Positions 60,159 to 64,000 of a stretch of DNA of 64,000 nucleotides are shown in pieces. Numbering within the stretch: the stretch's first letter is position 1; each line of letters begins with the position of its first letter. The notes below the pieces were generated by a model. The model made no database searches. It had not been told where the DNA came from and saw only the letters and a program-made list of their open reading frames with translations. The stretch lies in NCBI GenBank assembly GCA_001189165.1, contig LFCO01000003.1, positions 190,984 to 254,983 on the forward strand, read 5' to 3'. The stretch is from Parcubacteria bacterium C7867-005 (GTDB lineage Bacteria > Patescibacteriota > Minisyncoccia > Phycocordibacterales > Zambryskibacteraceae). Made by a program: the position numbers and the translations under genes.

Positions 60159-60440
60159 ATGAACAAAGAAAATCTTACCAAGAAGCTGAAAGAGGAAGGG
60201 TTTGTAAATGTGTACGAGTGGCATGATGAACCCGATACTGAGTACCCCGAACATGCTCACAAAGGAGCTGCCGCACTTTATATTCTTGAAGGGGGTGTAG
60301 CACTCGACATTGGAGATGAAAAAATAGAATTAAGAGAAGGTGACCGTTTCGATGTCCCTGCAGGGAAAAGTCATACTGCTAAGGTAGGGTCTACCGGATG
60401 TATCTTTCTTGTTGGGGAGATGATCGAGGGTGATTCATGA
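60159..60440 (+). CDS. Cupin domain protein
   Basis: YPEHAH...ILEG...GDRFDVPAG..H. Confidence 0.85.
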   Translation: MNKENLTKKLKEEGFVNVYEWHDEPDTEYPEHAHKGAAALYILEGGVALDIGDEKIELREGDRFDVPAGKSHTAKVGSTGCIFLVGEMIEGDS

Positions 60441-60501
60441 ATGGATTTCAACTTTGTATCAGACAGCCGATCTTTAAATCTATTTCTGATAATATAAATC
60501 T

Positions 60502-60939
60502 ATGGACATTAAACCAAAAATACTTGAAGTTTTGGACAAAGGTCATCTCATGAGTTTGGCTACCGTTGGAGCAGTTGGAGTTTGGGTTTCTGACGTTGTT
60601 TATATTTATGATGAAGATCTAAATATTTATTGGATGTCAGATCCAGATGTTAGACATTCGGGTGCCATCAAAGAAAACAAAAACGTGGCTGGGTCGATCA
60701 CTATCAGTAATAAAAGCAAAGAATTGAATCTCGGTATTCAATTTTCTGGAGTTGCAGAAAAAATAGATGGTCCGAGGTTTGATTTGGCCAAGAAACATCT
60801 AAGGAAACGAAGCCATCCAGAACCCAAGGAAGAGGACGACGTGCTTCAGGGTGATTCTTGGTACATGCTGAGACCCTCCAGAATCGACCTGATTGATGAG
60901 GAGAACTGGGGTTATGAGAAGAAGAGCCTGGATCTATAA
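60502..60939 (+). CDS. Pyridoxamine 5'-phosphate oxidase-like FMN-binding protein
   Basis: MSLATV, YW.S....RH..I..N..VA, GIQ.SG.A. Confidence 0.82.
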   Translation: MDIKPKILEVLDKGHLMSLATVGAVGVWVSDVVYIYDEDLNIYWMSDPDVRHSGAIKENKNVAGSITISNKSKELNLGIQFSGVAEKIDGPRFDLAKKHLRKRSHPEPKEEDDVLQGDSWYMLRPSRIDLIDEENWGYEKKSLDL

Positions 60940-61003
60940 AAACTAAAACCCCTATATTTGATCGCATACTCGCAAAATTTCGTCATTTCTGTAGTATTGA
61001 TTT

Positions 61004-61630
61004 ATGGATAAAATAATTGACCTTATTAACCTTCTTCAAGTTTCACGTATCCAGCCTCAGTATGGCTATGCCGTGGCTGGTGGGAACGAAAGGATTGGCG
61101 ATCTTGCTCAGCATCATTATTTAGTTACTATGCTTGGGTGGCAACTTTCTGAATTAGTAAATAGTAAGGGGGCAAGTATAGATATTTCAAAAGTCATCAA
61201 ATTTTGCTTGATACATGACATCGGGGAACTATTCGGAGGAGATATTGGAATGTATTATGCCAAGGCAAATCCAGCCGCTCGTAATTTTGCAAAACGTTTT
61301 GAAGAAGAAAATCAAAAATTCCTCGGGAGTTATTTCAGTAATCAAGAAGAATACACGGAACTGACGAGAGAGATAATGGGCTCTGAGTCAAACGAGGCCC
61401 ACATATCAAAAATAGCTGACTATCTGGAGGTTACTCACTACAAGTTATTTAGCGGGCAATTAAAAAGGAAAGATGTAGAGCTAATTGCACCAAAGCTTGC
61501 TGAAAAGATTGAAAAGCTAACTGACAGAGTGGCCAAAGAAGAGTTGTTTAAGTTTGTGGAGACGTGGAAAGAGAAAATGGTCAAGTACGACTCTTTCTTA
61601 GATGCTTCTACAGATGCCCTTAGGGTTTAG
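61004..61630 (+). CDS. HD-domain hydrolase (YfbR-like)
   Basis: LAQHH, LIHDIGELFGGDI, K.ADYLE. Confidence 0.82.
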   Translation: MDKIIDLINLLQVSRIQPQYGYAVAGGNERIGDLAQHHYLVTMLGWQLSELVNSKGASIDISKVIKFCLIHDIGELFGGDIGMYYAKANPAARNFAKRFEEENQKFLGSYFSNQEEYTELTREIMGSESNEAHISKIADYLEVTHYKLFSGQLKRKDVELIAPKLAEKIEKLTDRVAKEELFKFVETWKEKMVKYDSFLDASTDALRV

Positions 61631-61812
61631 ATTTTAGGGTTTCAACTAAGTGGTTTTTGATAAGGAGACGATGGGTGAACCATACGAATCAACCTGGAAG
61701 GAAGAAGTAGAAAGGGTTAAGGATCAGAATCTATAAAAATTCCAATTCTGGGTCCGCCACGCCGATTCCTGTCGGTGAATTGGGAAGGAGTAAACTTTTT
61801 AGTATTTCTATT

Positions 61813-62817
61813 TTATTTGGTTATTTCTTCGTAAATTGTAAGAGATATTTTGGCTATAATTGATCTCAGATCGTCGAAGTCTTGTCCTTCGGTCATGATG
61901 CAGAAAGTATATGGCTCCATGCCGTCTTTGGCATATACGATCCCACAGTCATGTAATTGTTTTGTCACTGTTCGTCCAGTTTGCTCGTCCACTAGTGAGC
62001 GTTCGCCAAATTTGTGGGCGACCACAACATCCTTAGGTATGTTTTTTCTAGCACCATCACTAAAGATACTTTTTGAAAGTATATCCAACATCTCATTTGA
62101 AAGCTCTCTGTTTAGGAATGAGGAGTTATAAAGTGTTCGAAATACAGATGCATATGATCTGGCGGTCACCAGGTTCTCTGTGATGTTACCGCTCCTTAGT
62201 TGGAGGCCCAAAGCCTGTAGTATTTTTTGTAGATAATCAAAAGAGACAAAATTTTCTGACAATATTTCAGCGGCAGCATTGTCAGAATAAGCCAATGACC
62301 TAAATATCAGATCTCTTATGGTGTATTCATTACCATTGACGAGCTTTTCTGGTGATACGATGCTTTGGATAGAATAGTCATCTGAGCCACGGCTGTATTT
62401 AACCTTTTGGTCTAAAATATCCGGTGTTATTTCAGAAAGTCTAAAATAAGCTATGGCCAGTGGTACTTTGAGTAGGCTAGCCATAAAAAAGGTGTCGGCG
62501 TCGTTCACTCCGACATACCTAAGACTTGATAGGTCACGGGCGAATGCTGATATTCTCTCTGCTCTACCACTACTTAAATAAGCCTCGATTTCAAGATCAA
62601 GTCTTTTTTGTAGGGCACTCATCTGGCTTAGTTTTTGTTCGAATAATTCGCACCCCGGGTTTGGGTTGATGAATTCCAGGTTTGATAGACAGGGCTTGTT
62701 CCTATCCCCAAAATCTTTAGAGACGCCCCTTCCTGATAGAAATCCAATAGAAAAAAGAATAACCACTAAAGTGGAGAAAAATAGTATCTGTTTTTTATTA
62801 TATATACCCTTCAGCAT
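61813..62817 (-). CDS. Class A beta-lactamase-like serine hydrolase
   Basis: ASLLK (SxxK), SDN, HKFG, HDCGIVY; N-terminal TM. Confidence 0.85.
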   Translation of the reverse strand: MLKGIYNKKQILFFSTLVVILFSIGFLSGRGVSKDFGDRNKPCLSNLEFINPNPGCELFEQKLSQMSALQKRLDLEIEAYLSSGRAERISAFARDLSSLRYVGVNDADTFFMASLLKVPLAIAYFRLSEITPDILDQKVKYSRGSDDYSIQSIVSPEKLVNGNEYTIRDLIFRSLAYSDNAAAEILSENFVSFDYLQKILQALGLQLRSGNITENLVTARSYASVFRTLYNSSFLNRELSNEMLDILSKSIFSDGARKNIPKDVVVAHKFGERSLVDEQTGRTVTKQLHDCGIVYAKDGMEPYTFCIMTEGQDFDDLRSIIAKISLTIYEEITK

Positions 62818-62898
62818 GTTTATTAAATAGTAGCACAAAACTTTATCATTATGTCAAAAGTGGTCAAACATTTTTTAAGTAGTATAATTATCTTTGAT

Positions 62899-63396
62899 AT
62901 GAAAAAAAGAGGTTTTACCTTGATTGAACTTTTGGTCGTGATAGCCATTATCGGACTTCTCTCTTCTGTGGTCCTTGCCAGCCTAAGCATTGCCAGGACT
63001 AAATCTCGAGATGCAAGTATTGTATCCGGCGTACTAGAATTCAGGAAACTCATGGAGCTTGAGTATAGCAATGTAGGTAGTTACACGAACTTAAACCAGG
63101 GTTGGGTGGGCACAACAGTAAACCCAACCTGTGCATTAAGGGGTTATTCTGGTGTAAACGCTGCTCAAGCCGTATCTATGTGTGGAGAGATCCAAAAAAA
63201 CATAACAAGCAAAAGTGCTAACGATTTCCACACAGGAGTAGATATCAGTTTGGGCTTCAGTAACTCTAGGCAGTATTCAATCATGGCCCGCCTATCCACT
63301 GGCCAATATTTCTGTGCTGGTTCTAGTGGCAAGACAAGCAAACAAGGGAATAGTGGGAACGGTTGGACAGGTACAGGTTGTTACGGCAATCCATAA
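62899..63396 (+). CDS. Type IV pilin paralog
   Basis: KRGFTLIELLVVIAIIGLLSSVVL; start at ATG 62899. Confidence 0.88.
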   Translation: MKKRGFTLIELLVVIAIIGLLSSVVLASLSIARTKSRDASIVSGVLEFRKLMELEYSNVGSYTNLNQGWVGTTVNPTCALRGYSGVNAAQAVSMCGEIQKNITSKSANDFHTGVDISLGFSNSRQYSIMARLSTGQYFCAGSSGKTSKQGNSGNGWTGTGCYGNP

Positions 63397-63413
63397 ACTG
63401 CAAGAGAAAGTTC

Positions 63414-64000
63414 ATGAGCATCGTATTCATCACTATTCCAGGAGATATTAAAAGGCACTTTGCCAACACCTTATATGAGGAGACGGGAGGTGCTCTCAAG
63501 GTTGTGATAGTGCAAAGACCCAAGAAACTTTCCTTTTTTATGCGCCTCAAAAGACTTTTTAGGAGAGTGGGTCTTTTAAATTTACCAAAAGAATTTTTTT
63601 ATGGAGTTTTGCTTCGGATTAATCGTGCGAGGCATGCCTTAGAATATTTTAGGACTTATTCCGATCGACACGTTGGTGATCATTTGTCTGAAGTAATAGA
63701 AGTAGATTCGGTTAATGATGATGAGGTTTTTAATATTTTAAAAAAAATCTCTCCAGATCTACTGGTTATCTGGGGGAGTACCGTACTTGAACCACGTATC
63801 TATACAGTGGCCAAAAAAGCTATTAACCTCCACATGGGCTATTGTCCACACTACAGAGGGGCTTTAGCTAATCACACTGCGGTACTAATGGATGACTTTT
63901 CTAATATCGGTGCCACTATCCACTATGTGGCAGAAAAGGTTGACGCAGGTGAAATACTCCTCTCATTAAGAGGTAATACTGATTTGGGCCCCAAAAGAAT
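63414..64000 (+). CDS. Formyltransferase-family protein (3' end outside the window)
   Basis: Own translation: MSIVFITIPG...PDLLVIWG...INLHMGYCPHYRG...GATIHYV..KVDAG. Confidence 0.8.
   Translation, partial: MSIVFITIPGDIKRHFANTLYEETGGALKVVIVQRPKKLSFFMRLKRLFRRVGLLNLPKEFFYGVLLRINRARHALEYFRTYSDRHVGDHLSEVIEVDSVNDDEVFNILKKISPDLLVIWGSTVLEPRIYTVAKKAINLHMGYCPHYRGALANHTAVLMDDFSNIGATIHYVAEKVDAGEILLSLRGNTDLGPKR

Larger units (their letters stand above)
57075..60470 (+). repeat. Dispersed junction repeats delimiting a gene-cassette array behind tRNA-Gln
   Basis: Head motif gctcgtgatattct at 57079, 58648, 60139; tail motif at 57801, 58624, 59637, 60446. Confidence 0.7.

Noticed and set aside
57075-60470. 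Repeats read as a CRISPR array or a classical integron
   Set aside because: Spacers are whole genes of variable length, repeats are degenerate, and no cas or intI genes or recognisable attC stems are present.
61813-62817. A true antibiotic-resistance beta-lactamase
   Set aside because: KFG replaces KTG and no clear Glu166 omega loop is visible; such serine hydrolases are common and function cannot be assigned.

Overview
Chromosomal window of a small-genome bacterium, most likely Patescibacteria/CPR (Parcubacteria-like). This is inferred from the missing rpmD between rpsE and rplO, the fragmented r-protein operon, the pilM-N-O/pilB-RR-pilT-pilC cluster and pervasive leaderless genes. Core content: truD, the rpsS-secY-adk-map block, ndk, a short 6S RNA, infC-rpmI-rplT, tmRNA-smpB, ftsH, recG, a type IV pilus/competence locus, ligA, gatCA, prfB, ftsEX and 9 tRNAs, including unusual Ile(UAU) and Ser(ACU). 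The most interesting signal is recombinase-free accretion of DNA at tRNA 3' ends. (i) Two tandem cassettes at tRNA-Ser(GCT) each have ends complementary to each other; cargo includes a BglII-like REase, a LexA-DNA methyltransferase fusion and an AbiTii-domain protein. (ii) An integron-like array of single genes separated by repeated 25-bp junctions follows tRNA-Gln. (iii) A conserved ~105-bp structured element sits behind two different tRNAs, with termini copied from whichever tRNA it follows. Scattered GC-rich, self-contained orphan genes also interrupt the core. All alignments were done by eye; no database searches were run.
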